A stretch of DNA of 64,000 nt, from assembly GCA_963772905.1 (NCBI GenBank), contig CAVYZD010000001.1:926144-990143 (forward strand), read 5' to 3'. This DNA is from Bryobacterales bacterium. Lineage in GTDB: Bacteria; Acidobacteriota; Terriglobia; Bryobacterales; Bryobacteraceae. Below, in pieces: positions 45,518 through 53,981 of this stretch (position 1 is its first letter; each line of letters begins with the position of its first letter). A program made the translations under genes and the position numbers. The notes under the pieces are model-generated. The model made no database searches. It saw nothing but the letters and a program-made list of their open reading frames with translations, and was not told where the DNA came from.

Positions 45518-46243
45518 TTACCGGGAATCGGGTTCAGCCCCGCCGCCTTCCGGGGGAGCATAGGGAGCCAATCGCTCCGGTTGGGGCGTAATTTTGCCGA
45601 GATGCGTGTCAAAAATATGATCGATTTCGCAGCCGCCTGCATGGTCGCGAAGAGCTTGCCACCTGTATGGAAGCGATGCCGGATCGCCGATATCCGTCCA
45701 GCCCCTCGGGAATCCGCAGTCCTCTTCCGCGTCTTCGATCGTTTTTCCGATCGAGGCGAAGTACTCCGCTGTATATCTCTGCCGCCCGTCGATGATAGGA
45801 CCGAACCGGAGATAACAATCGAACACGACGGACAGCAGCATACGGAAATACTCCCTGCATGCGGTCACCACGTCATCGCCGGGAACATCGGAAACCTCGG
45901 CCGTCGGCTGGAACCAGTACACGACCGGCTGGCCCGGCGCTGCGTAACCGCCGGACACAAGATTGTCTCCGATATGCTGATTTACGGTTCGAAACTGGTG
46001 GAAAAACCGGGCGATGCGATCGGCGCGAAGCTGGTCCTGTTCCGCAGCGTACCAATTCGCGAAGCCGTCGGCATCGCCCAACACCGCCTGCAGCGCGAAC
46101 GTGATCGAACGGGCGGATGCGACGAACGCCCCTGCATAGCAGCGGGCGGCAAAGAAGTCGAAACCGCTTGCCCCAAGTTTAACCAGAAAGAATTCTGCCT
46201 CAGCGACCTTGTGATCTACGAGGCTAAATGATCGTTGTGACAT
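45518..46243 (-). CDS. hypothetical protein (241 aa)
   Basis: Long ORF 33 nt downstream of the nuclease-like gene on the same strand. No motif was recognised. Confidence 0.5.
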   Translation of the reverse strand: MSQRSFSLVDHKVAEAEFFLVKLGASGFDFFAARCYAGAFVASARSITFALQAVLGDADGFANWYAAEQDQLRADRIARFFHQFRTVNQHIGDNLVSGGYAAPGQPVVYWFQPTAEVSDVPGDDVVTACREYFRMLLSVVFDCYLRFGPIIDGRQRYTAEYFASIGKTIEDAEEDCGFPRGWTDIGDPASLPYRWQALRDHAGGCEIDHIFDTHLGKITPQPERLAPYAPPEGGGAEPDSR

Positions 46244-46276
46244 CGCTATTCAATCGAAGGGAAGGACGGCGCGGGA

Positions 46277-46996
46277 TCAATTTGCCAGCCACTTCGCGTA
46301 AGCGCGAGTGTCGATCATCGGCACCGTGCCGCTGCTTTGAAGCCGCGCAATAAGTTCGAAAAGGAAAGCTGTGGCCGGCTTGCCTTGATCGGTAATCGTG
46401 AAGCATCCGGACGGATCGCAGGCGAATGTTCCATGAGCCGCAACGCAGCCGAGGTCAAGCCGTCCGTCGGCATTCTTGTTCAGCGCCGCGACCAACGCGT
46501 CGCCGAGCGGTGGCTTCCAATCGCTGTCAAATGCCAGGATGCCGCCGAGAATATAAGGGAGCGCTTTCGGCTCAAACGTTCCGCCGGCGTGTGGGATCGG
46601 CAGGCTGGTTCTATAAAGACGGCGCACGCTCGCCACCTTGCGCTGCGCGTATTCAACCTGTGCAGCGTTGATAACCTGCTTCGCTTCAAATGCAGCGTAG
46701 ACGCTCTCGGCGGGGACGATCAGCTGTTCCTCATAGTTGAATATAAGCGGCGAGTACTGCTGATCGAACACCACGATATCAATCTGGTCGCTGAAAACGC
46801 CGTTGCTGTCGACGACATAGGCTTTCTCCGCCCGGTAGCGCAGCGGCATATACTTCTGCAACAATTCGCGCCATACATGCTCGCTCGCATCTCCTTTGGC
46901 GCCCGGATGGCCGAATGTTTCGCGGGCGGCGGCCAGCCGACGCTCAATGTCATCATGAAGTCCGGCAAGAAGCTTGGGTAAAGACCATGTGCTCAT
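46277..46996 (-). CDS. PD-(D/E)xK-type nuclease-fold protein (DUF6602-like)
   Basis: DQIDIVVFD ... VPAESVYAAFEAKQ gives a D...ExK arrangement. The ATG overlaps the stop of the upstream nucleotidyltransferase gene as ATGA. Confidence 0.6.
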   Translation of the reverse strand: MSTWSLPKLLAGLHDDIERRLAAARETFGHPGAKGDASEHVWRELLQKYMPLRYRAEKAYVVDSNGVFSDQIDIVVFDQQYSPLIFNYEEQLIVPAESVYAAFEAKQVINAAQVEYAQRKVASVRRLYRTSLPIPHAGGTFEPKALPYILGGILAFDSDWKPPLGDALVAALNKNADGRLDLGCVAAHGTFACDPSGCFTITDQGKPATAFLFELIARLQSSGTVPMIDTRAYAKWLAN

Positions 46997-47754
46997 ACGA
47001 CAATCTGGCTCCAGTTGGTTGCTCGAAGGGCCTGTTCGGCAGCGGCCTTGATCTTGGCCCGTTCAGCGGCGGTGAGGTCATCCGAGATGATGTTATTTGT
47101 GTTGGCGGGGTCAACTACCCGCGCGTTGGGAAACGTGTCGCGTAGATACTCGAACACCTTCCACACATTGCCGGACAAGGTTCCGAAATACTGCCCGGCC
47201 AGGGCGTTGATAACGGTCAACTCCAGATAGAATGACGGGAATTCGAGCCCCTTCTGGTCACGCCAGAGCTTGATAATCCTGATCTCGTTTGTCCGTCCGC
47301 TTCCGCTTACATGCGCGATATGCGTCGCCACGTTTGTCTTGGTCCAGGTATCGGCCTTGCGCCGGTAGAGGCTGTGATCCGTCGCGAATAGGTCTTGAAG
47401 TTTGGCTGGCACGAGGTCAACGCGGTAGCCGTTCACCCGGATGCCGACCGAGACGTTCTGACGCTTCGGGTTGTATCCTCTTTCGCTCATCGTATTGAAG
47501 AGCTTGTTGTAGACCTCCCGGAGCGTTTCGCCGGTCTGGTCGGACAACGAAATGAACAGGTCGATATCGGTTCCAGTCACGTTCGCGGTTCCCTTGGCAA
47601 AGGACCCGCTCGGACTTACGCTCACCAGCTTGTCGCCGGCCCAGGCCGCGATCACCGGCTGAATCGTGGCCTGAACACCACGCACCGGGGAGAGTATCCC
47701 CGTATTGACGGCCTCCCGGTTCAGTATGTTCTGGAGGTATGCGTCGGCTGTCAT
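46993..47754 (-). CDS. minimal Pol-beta-fold nucleotidyltransferase (SMODS/CD-NTase-like)
   Basis: SGSFAKGT provides the G[GS] motif and DIDLFISL the DxD. A third acidic residue lies in YRVDLVPA. The C-terminal helical part reads EIRIIKLWRDQKGLEFPSFYLELTVINAL. Confidence 0.7.
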   Translation of the reverse strand: MTADAYLQNILNREAVNTGILSPVRGVQATIQPVIAAWAGDKLVSVSPSGSFAKGTANVTGTDIDLFISLSDQTGETLREVYNKLFNTMSERGYNPKRQNVSVGIRVNGYRVDLVPAKLQDLFATDHSLYRRKADTWTKTNVATHIAHVSGSGRTNEIRIIKLWRDQKGLEFPSFYLELTVINALAGQYFGTLSGNVWKVFEYLRDTFPNARVVDPANTNNIISDDLTAAERAKIKAAAEQALRATNWSQIVV

Positions 47755-47777
47755 TTCGCCCTCTTCGCCTTTCGCAC

Positions 47778-50075
47778 CTATGCCGCCTCGATCAGGCGGA
47801 CCTCGCCGTTGCAGGACTCGATAGCCGACGTAACGATCCGGCGAATTTCTCCCAAGAACGCCGCCGACGGTTCCGTCATCACCGCATCGGGCACCGGCGC
47901 CGCTGCATCATAGATTCCGTGTATGGCGTTAGCCCGGCGGAAGGTCGATCCCGCTCCCCGCGAGCCCGGACCATCGTAGGCCGCGCGCCAATCCGCCAAG
48001 TGATGCTCGACGAGCCGCCGCACGACGAGATCGCGCAACGCGACCTCGATCACCTGCCGAATGCGGTCGATGGTCCTCTGGCCTTCGTCTTCGTCTTCCG
48101 GCTCGCGCGTCCAGCTGATGGGATTATTCAGAAACCGCGAAATCGATTCCCGCAGTTGGGTCGCTAGGTCCGCGATCGGCCGAAGGGTATCGTATTCGTC
48201 GTCAAGCTCGCCCGCGATCCGGCGGTTTAAGGCCTTAACACGCGTCCAATGCTCCTTGCGAAAACCCTCGTAAGTGCCGAGGCCGAGGCGGGCGAGCCAC
48301 GGCCCTTGAAACTTGCTGACGGCATCTTGCACGGCAAAACCGACGCCGGTCGGGTCGTAAACGGGCCGCGCCTCGGCGGGCGGCGGCGGCAGTATGGCTT
48401 GGCGGAAGAAATCAACCATCTCCGCAAGCTGTGATCGCATGTATTCCGCCGCCCGCGCCGGAAGCTTCGTCAGATGCCGGTCCACTCCGCCGAGCATGAA
48501 GCAGCGAGGGTCGATTCCGCGCTCGATTGCATTCACCACGGAGACGCCGAGAACGTCCCGCAGGCTGGAGAGCGCATTCAGAACCGACGCCATGACATGC
48601 GCGCGCTTATCGGCGAATTTTTGGAAGTTCTGACCCTTGATCTGATCGAAGTGGGTAAAGGCTACGGCGAGTTTCCGGTGATGCCCGCTCGATGCCACAG
48701 CCCTCAATACCGAAAGCGGCGCCGCCTGCATCGGCTGCTGCGCGTTATCGACGAGCAGAATTACGTCAACCTGCGCGAACCGGCGGGTCACATGGGTTGT
48801 GACGCTCGACGATGAGTCCGGGGTGTGTCCAAGGCCCTGCCCGTCAATCAGCACCAGCCGGGATTGGTCCTCCAGAAAGTCGGGGAACAATGGCCCGCGC
48901 ACGCGGATGCCGTCCACCAGCGGCGTCAGCAGCCGCCCAAATTGAGGCCAGTAATTGCTCGAAAACCACCGAATGTGCCGTATAAACTCATCACGGTCAG
49001 CTGATTCGAACACCCACAATTCCGGCCAGCCGGACGGCCGCCGCCGCAGCTCGCCGGCGGAAATGAAGTCGAACCGGCCGCGCACATCTTCGAGAATGTC
49101 CTGCACCAACTCATGAAAGGCTTCTTCCTGCGTCAGGTAGAGATCGAAGTTCTCCTCGATCAGTTGCTGCGCAACATCACGATCAGGCCCAGCCTCCCTG
49201 GGATCGACCCCCAGATCTTCATGCAGCTTGGCTTCGACCGCCCTGCTCAAATCGCCGATGCGCTCCAGGTAACGCGTAATCGCTTCGCGATTAGCGGCGC
49301 GCTCCGCTTCGGTCAGCGCGACCTCGTCGTCAAGGACCGCGGTTGAATCGCCGGCGTCGTCGAACGACATCTCGTCCTGTTCGTCGCCTCCTCCGTTCGC
49401 GCGCCAGCCGCCGAGAATATAGCTCAGCCGGAACTTCTGATCGCGATGGCTTAGGAACCGGTCCGCGATTTTGTCCAGCGGGGCTCTTTCAAGAATCGCA
49501 AGCGCGGCGTCAATGATGCATTCCTCGATGTTCGCCTGAGTCTGGAACTCCGTAAAGAAGGTGACCGCGGCGGCAAAGTCGCCGTCGGTCTGAATAACCT
49601 CGATATCGGCTATGGTCGTCTTGGCGGGCGCCGTGGACGGGAAGCGGTCCTCATCCGGATCGGAGCCGATCAGCTGCCGGAGAAGCGAAGTTTTGCCCGC
49701 CCCCGTGGTTCCGACGAACAGGACGTTGGGGTAGCCCTCATCCTTATTAGGAAGCCTGATGCTTGCTTCGCGCAGAGCTTCCGGGTCGTCGCGCCCCGCC
49801 TGGATTTCGTCGTAGAACGCTTCGACAACCGGCTTGGAAAACCGCATCTCGGCTTCGGACCGTTTTGCAGCGTTCCACCACGACTGATCGCCCAAAATCA
49901 CGTTCATTTCGGCGACCATCACCTCGGCTTCCGTCGCGTCCGACGTGCCTAAGCCGCGACGCATCTTCAGTCCGGCGCGGCCGCGGGCATCATTGCGAAG
50001 AGGATGCCGGAAGCTAACGGACCATCCAGGACGGTTCGATCGGGTTTTGCTGGCAGTGTAAGTTGCTTTGTTCAT
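47778..50075 (-). CDS. large P-loop GTPase-like protein (765 aa)
   Basis: G1 is GTTGAGKTS, G3 is LIDGQGLGH and a G4-like motif is AFTHFDQ. About 270 aa are inserted between G1 and G3. The start is set at the ATG 6 nt after GAGGA. Confidence 0.7.
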   Translation of the reverse strand: MNKATYTASKTRSNRPGWSVSFRHPLRNDARGRAGLKMRRGLGTSDATEAEVMVAEMNVILGDQSWWNAAKRSEAEMRFSKPVVEAFYDEIQAGRDDPEALREASIRLPNKDEGYPNVLFVGTTGAGKTSLLRQLIGSDPDEDRFPSTAPAKTTIADIEVIQTDGDFAAAVTFFTEFQTQANIEECIIDAALAILERAPLDKIADRFLSHRDQKFRLSYILGGWRANGGGDEQDEMSFDDAGDSTAVLDDEVALTEAERAANREAITRYLERIGDLSRAVEAKLHEDLGVDPREAGPDRDVAQQLIEENFDLYLTQEEAFHELVQDILEDVRGRFDFISAGELRRRPSGWPELWVFESADRDEFIRHIRWFSSNYWPQFGRLLTPLVDGIRVRGPLFPDFLEDQSRLVLIDGQGLGHTPDSSSSVTTHVTRRFAQVDVILLVDNAQQPMQAAPLSVLRAVASSGHHRKLAVAFTHFDQIKGQNFQKFADKRAHVMASVLNALSSLRDVLGVSVVNAIERGIDPRCFMLGGVDRHLTKLPARAAEYMRSQLAEMVDFFRQAILPPPPAEARPVYDPTGVGFAVQDAVSKFQGPWLARLGLGTYEGFRKEHWTRVKALNRRIAGELDDEYDTLRPIADLATQLRESISRFLNNPISWTREPEDEDEGQRTIDRIRQVIEVALRDLVVRRLVEHHLADWRAAYDGPGSRGAGSTFRRANAIHGIYDAAAPVPDAVMTEPSAAFLGEIRRIVTSAIESCNGEVRLIEAA

Positions 50076-50232
50076 GTTGTTCCTCGTTGTACCAGACCAG
50101 TATCGGGTCAACACTTAGCAGATGTCAAGTGAATTCTGGAACAACACGCTACAACATTGCTGGATGGCGCTGAACAGTGTCTTCTATCGAACTGATACTT
50201 AAGCGCTTATGAACACTTAACCAATTGCGCAT

Positions 50233-51052
50233 CTACTCGGTTTGGTCGCCCCTCACAAATGAGGCGCGCCACGTCTCGGGCCTGAGGCTGACCGCTTTTT
50301 CCAGCGGCGGCGCGATTGTGAAGATCCGCGGCTCCGTCGAGAACAGATGAACGCGGTAGATGCGCCAATCATTGGGTCGGTCAGTCGCCACAGCGCGTTC
50401 GGTGCGGGTGAGGAAAAAAGGCGTGCGCGCCGATCCGTTTGTGGTCTTTATCTCCAGGAGTCGCTCGCGACCGTTCGGCTCGAAGGACAGCACATCGTAC
50501 CCCGCTCCATCGCCCTCCTCCGCTGAAATCCAGCGAATCTTATGGGCGAGGTCCGGGCGGTCGGTTCTACTGAGACGAAGCTTCTCGACCTCGATCACGA
50601 ACTCCTCGCCCGCCCGACCGAGCAATCGGTTCCGGTGGTCCCTTTCCACCGGATCGAATTTCTTCACCAACCTTCGCAAACCCGGTGGAATAGTTTCTTC
50701 GGCAAGCACAGGCGGAGCGACAAAAATCTCCTCGTCCGCGGCAAGCAGAGGAGGCGGAGCAGCGACAGCCTTGAGAAAGCCAGGGTGCTTGCTCAGGTAG
50801 CGGTCGATCGCGTCGAAAATGGCGTTTTGATAGTTCCTCTTTGGAATGTACCCACGAATCCACGGCATCCCCAACTCATCCAGCACGGCGGAGATGTTCT
50901 GATGTTTGAATTCGACGGACCGGTGCGTCCGGCCGATCCGCTCCATAAGGGCCTTGCTGTGGTGAGATTTGACGTACGGCCTGCCTGCGAGGTCCGCTTC
51001 GAGCATCGCAAAATAATCTGCGACAATCGCGTCGAGTTCGTCGTCCTCCCAG
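50233..51052 (-). pseudogene. DUF3883-domain protein gene interrupted by IS3-family element
   Basis: The C-terminus GYDVLSFEPNGRERLLEIKTTNGSARTPFFLTRTERAVA...WRIYRV matches the DUF3883 pattern. The first 11 codons (MANEAKIGRNW) lie at 52488-52456 on the other side of the IS. Confidence 0.8.
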
Positions 51053-51153
51053 TGACCTGCCTCGGTTTTCTCTACCAAAGATAATTGAGACGCTTCCGTC
51101 TAATTTAACTCCTCTTCTGCCATCCCGTCGGAGCCGCCCGTCGCAATCACCTC

Positions 51154-52089
51154 TCATGCAGAACGGCACGGAGCGGTCAAGGGCGCGCCAATCGGCGCGG
51201 CGTCAGCGAACCCTTGATCGCGAGTACCGTTCTGCGACTCCGACTCTGCTGGCGGGCGGCGACCAGGCGGGATGGCAGTAACCTCCATCCTGTTGGTGAG
51301 CTTTGAGCAGATTTCGGCGTATTCTTCCGGTGTTCGGTACGCCAGACTGCTATGCGGACGCTCGGCGTTGTAGTCCATCCGCCATCGCTCGATCTTTTCC
51401 TTCGCATCGGCAAGCGTCGTGAACCAGTGATGATTCAAACACTCGTCACGAAGCCGACCATTAAAGCTCTCCACGTGTCCGTTCTGCATCGGCCGTCCGG
51501 GCTGAATGTGGATCAGCCGAATACCTCGTTCCTCGCACCAGACCAGGAAGTGGCGACTGGTGAACTCCGGGCCGTTGTCGCAGCGAATTACTTCCGGTGT
51601 TCCTCGCCGGCTGATGATCCACTCCAGCACGCGCGTCACTCGTCTGCTTGACAGCCCCGTATCCACCTCGATCGCCGGACACTCCCGCGTGAAGCTGTCA
51701 ACGACCGTCAGCATGCGCAGCCCTCGCCCAGTAGCCAGTCCATCGGCCACAAAATCGATGGCCCATTCCTGATTGGCCCGGCTCAACAAAGCTCCCGCCG
51801 GCGCCGGCCGCACTAATCGTTTCCGCTTCAGCCGCCGCACCGCCAGATGCTCCTGGCTGTACACGCGATACACCCGTTGCGGACTAGCTCGGCATCCTCG
51901 CCGTTCCAGGAGTGCACACAAACGCCGATATCCGAAGCGCGGCTTCTGCCGCGCCAGTGCGATTAGCTCGCGACGCAGCTCCGCGTTGTGGTCCGGCCGC
52001 GGCCGATATCGGTAACTGCTTCGATCCATCGCCAGCAGCTTGCAGGCTTCGCGTTCCGTGTAATGAAACTCGCTCATCACCAACGCCAC
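51154..52089 (-). CDS. IS3-family transposase OrfB (rve/DDE integrase core; expressed as OrfAB by -1 frameshift)
   Basis: ...WAIDFVADGL...RCDNGPEFTS...MQNGHVESFNGRLRDE. The -1 frame from the A6 run reads straight into this ORF. Confidence 0.9.
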   Translation of the reverse strand: MALVMSEFHYTEREACKLLAMDRSSYRYRPRPDHNAELRRELIALARQKPRFGYRRLCALLERRGCRASPQRVYRVYSQEHLAVRRLKRKRLVRPAPAGALLSRANQEWAIDFVADGLATGRGLRMLTVVDSFTRECPAIEVDTGLSSRRVTRVLEWIISRRGTPEVIRCDNGPEFTSRHFLVWCEERGIRLIHIQPGRPMQNGHVESFNGRLRDECLNHHWFTTLADAKEKIERWRMDYNAERPHSSLAYRTPEEYAEICSKLTNRMEVTAIPPGRRPPAESESQNGTRDQGFADAAPIGAPLTAPCRSA

Positions 52090-52103
52090 ATCCTGCCTTC
52101 GAC

Positions 52104-52406
52104 CTACAAGCTCCAGCCGTTTTTTCGAATCACCGCTTTCAGCGCTTCTTTGTCCAGGCTGAGATCGGCGACCATGTGCTTCAGCCGGCGGTTTTCGTCT
52201 TCCAGCTCCTTCAAACGGCGTGCTTCATTCACTTCCATGCCGCCGTACTTGCTCTTCCACGTGTAGATCGTCGCCTCGCTGACGCCTAGCTCCCGCGCGA
52301 CTTCTTTCACTGTCCGGCCTGCTTCCACCTGCTTCAGCACGCCGATGATTTGTTCTTCTGTGTGTTTGCCCTTTTTCATTCGAAGCTCCTTTTCTTCGTC
52401 TTTCAC
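52104..52406 (-). CDS. IS3-family transposase OrfA
   Basis: KKGKHTEEQIIGVLKQVEAGRTVKEVARELGVSEATIYTWKSKY is followed by a leucine zipper. The slippery A_AAA_AAC motif lies at about 52119-52126 (complement). Confidence 0.9.
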   Translation of the reverse strand: MKDEEKELRMKKGKHTEEQIIGVLKQVEAGRTVKEVARELGVSEATIYTWKSKYGGMEVNEARRLKELEDENRRLKHMVADLSLDKEALKAVIRKNGWSL

Positions 52407-52646
52407 TGCTGGAGCTTCTCAATTATGGCTGGAGGAGATTATCGAGGGCAGGTCACCAGTTCCTGCCGATTTTTGCTTCGTTAGCCATGATTACACGGTG
52501 CTCTACCCTAAACGAACATTATCCTCGGATTCGCGGGCAAGGCGGTCTTGCCCGTTTTTGCTACATTTCCACATGAGACTAAACCGTTCTCTGTAAGCAG
52601 CACAATGGCGGCTGCAGTAGCATTAAGGGGCCGCACTACAATAGAG

Positions 52647-53114
52647 ATGCAATCAATGAAGGCCCCGTCTTTTGTTGGCCGAAAGCCGTCATCCAAAGCC
52701 GCCTCACAATCAAAGCGGATGAACCGAAGTGTCGACACCGCGCATGAAAAGCTCCTGCGCCAAGCTTTGTGGAGACACGGTCTTCGTTATCGGAAGAATC
52801 TCGCGACGCTTCCCGGTAAGCCAGACATCGTATTCGGCCCTGCACGCGTCGCGGTTTTCTGCGACGGCGATTTCTGGCACGGCAGAAACTGGCAGCGGCT
52901 CTCGAGACAACTCAGGAAGCGAGCCAACGCCGATTACTGGTGCCAAAAGATTCGGTCCAACATGCTCCGTGACCGCCGCATCACAACGCTCCTCCAGAAG
53001 CAAAACTGGTTCGTCCTTCGGCTCTGGGAGCGGGATATTCTCGCAGATCCTGAGCGAGCAGCTTGCCATATCCAAAACGTCGTTGCCGAACGATCCGCAC
53101 GCCGGCGGCTGTAG
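52647..53114 (+). CDS. vsr: very short patch repair endonuclease
   Basis: ...LRQALWRHGLRYRKN...LPGKPDIVFGPARVAVFCDGDFWHG...YWCQKIRSNMLRDR...LRLWE. The start was chosen to give about 155 aa and is uncertain (52605-52656). Confidence 0.85.
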   Translation: MQSMKAPSFVGRKPSSKAASQSKRMNRSVDTAHEKLLRQALWRHGLRYRKNLATLPGKPDIVFGPARVAVFCDGDFWHGRNWQRLSRQLRKRANADYWCQKIRSNMLRDRRITTLLQKQNWFVLRLWERDILADPERAACHIQNVVAERSARRRL

Positions 53115-53115
53115 C

Positions 53116-53979
53116 CTACGCGCGGTGCTCCTCTATTTGATCGTTGCGCCAAGTCTCAAGAGCACTCTTCAACCCAACGTCCTTTACGCCGTGCGGAAGG
53201 TGTCTTATCATGCGCACACGATCGAAGACCAGGCCTTTCACCTCTCGCGCCACATCGTGCCATTCATCGTCCGTGATTACACACGGAACGGCAAACCCGG
53301 CGATAGGGTCAGAAGCCCAATGAATATACTGAGTCCATGATGCCATGGGCAGTTCGTGCGTCTTATCTCGCCAATCGTGGCCGGCCGCACATTGAGAAAG
53401 AACTACGAGTTGCCCCGATCGACGACTAGCATAGTCTGGCTCCGCAAATGGCAGCCAAGAAATGACATCTACGCCCCGATCTTTGTATTGGGTGGCGGGT
53501 GCCTCGACAAAACGCTCTCGAAGCAGCTCACACGCCTGCTTAACTCTCTCCCCAATAGCTTTCTGCACGTTCGGCAGCGCCGGCCAGCCAAAAACAAACA
53601 CCTCCCCATTTATGTGGTGCGCGATCGCTTCAGCGGACATCCGCTCAAATAGCTTGGGGTCGGCGCCTGTCTGGGCCGAAGCACCATAGAGTGAGAAGAA
53701 CAAGCAAGTTTCATACTCTAGCCTGCCGTCCTTGACGTCATCTCGCCGCACAATCAGGTCCCCCTGGATTTCAAAGAATGGCGAAGAGTACAATCCTGCC
53801 CGCCGACGTAAGTGTTGCCAGATGTCAGATAGATAGGCCTCGCTTGGCTCGTCTCCACTGGCATCCCGAATGATCGCCGCCACGCGCGACTTTGAGAACG
53901 CCGCTTCGCCCAAACTCAATTCGAGTTCTATCCAGTCGGCTACGCGCTCGGCATCATCCGCATCGTCGAGGGCTAACAT
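53116..53979 (-). CDS. hypothetical protein (287 aa), coupled to ParB-like gene
   Basis: The ORF starts 2 nt after the upstream stop. No motif was recognised. Confidence 0.55.
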   Translation of the reverse strand: MLALDDADDAERVADWIELELSLGEAAFSKSRVAAIIRDASGDEPSEAYLSDIWQHLRRRAGLYSSPFFEIQGDLIVRRDDVKDGRLEYETCLFFSLYGASAQTGADPKLFERMSAEAIAHHINGEVFVFGWPALPNVQKAIGERVKQACELLRERFVEAPATQYKDRGVDVISWLPFAEPDYASRRSGQLVVLSQCAAGHDWRDKTHELPMASWTQYIHWASDPIAGFAVPCVITDDEWHDVAREVKGLVFDRVRMIRHLPHGVKDVGLKSALETWRNDQIEEHRA

Positions 53980-53981
53980 CG

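Larger units (their letters stand above)
51053..52455 (-). mobile_element. IS3-family insertion sequence (IS407-like ends) with 4-bp target duplication
   Basis: The ends are TGACCTGCC... (51053) and ...GGCAGGTCA (52455), with imperfect ~45-bp inverted repeats that both contain ATAATTGAGA. They are flanked by CCAG at 51049-51052 and 52456-52459. Confidence 0.85.
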
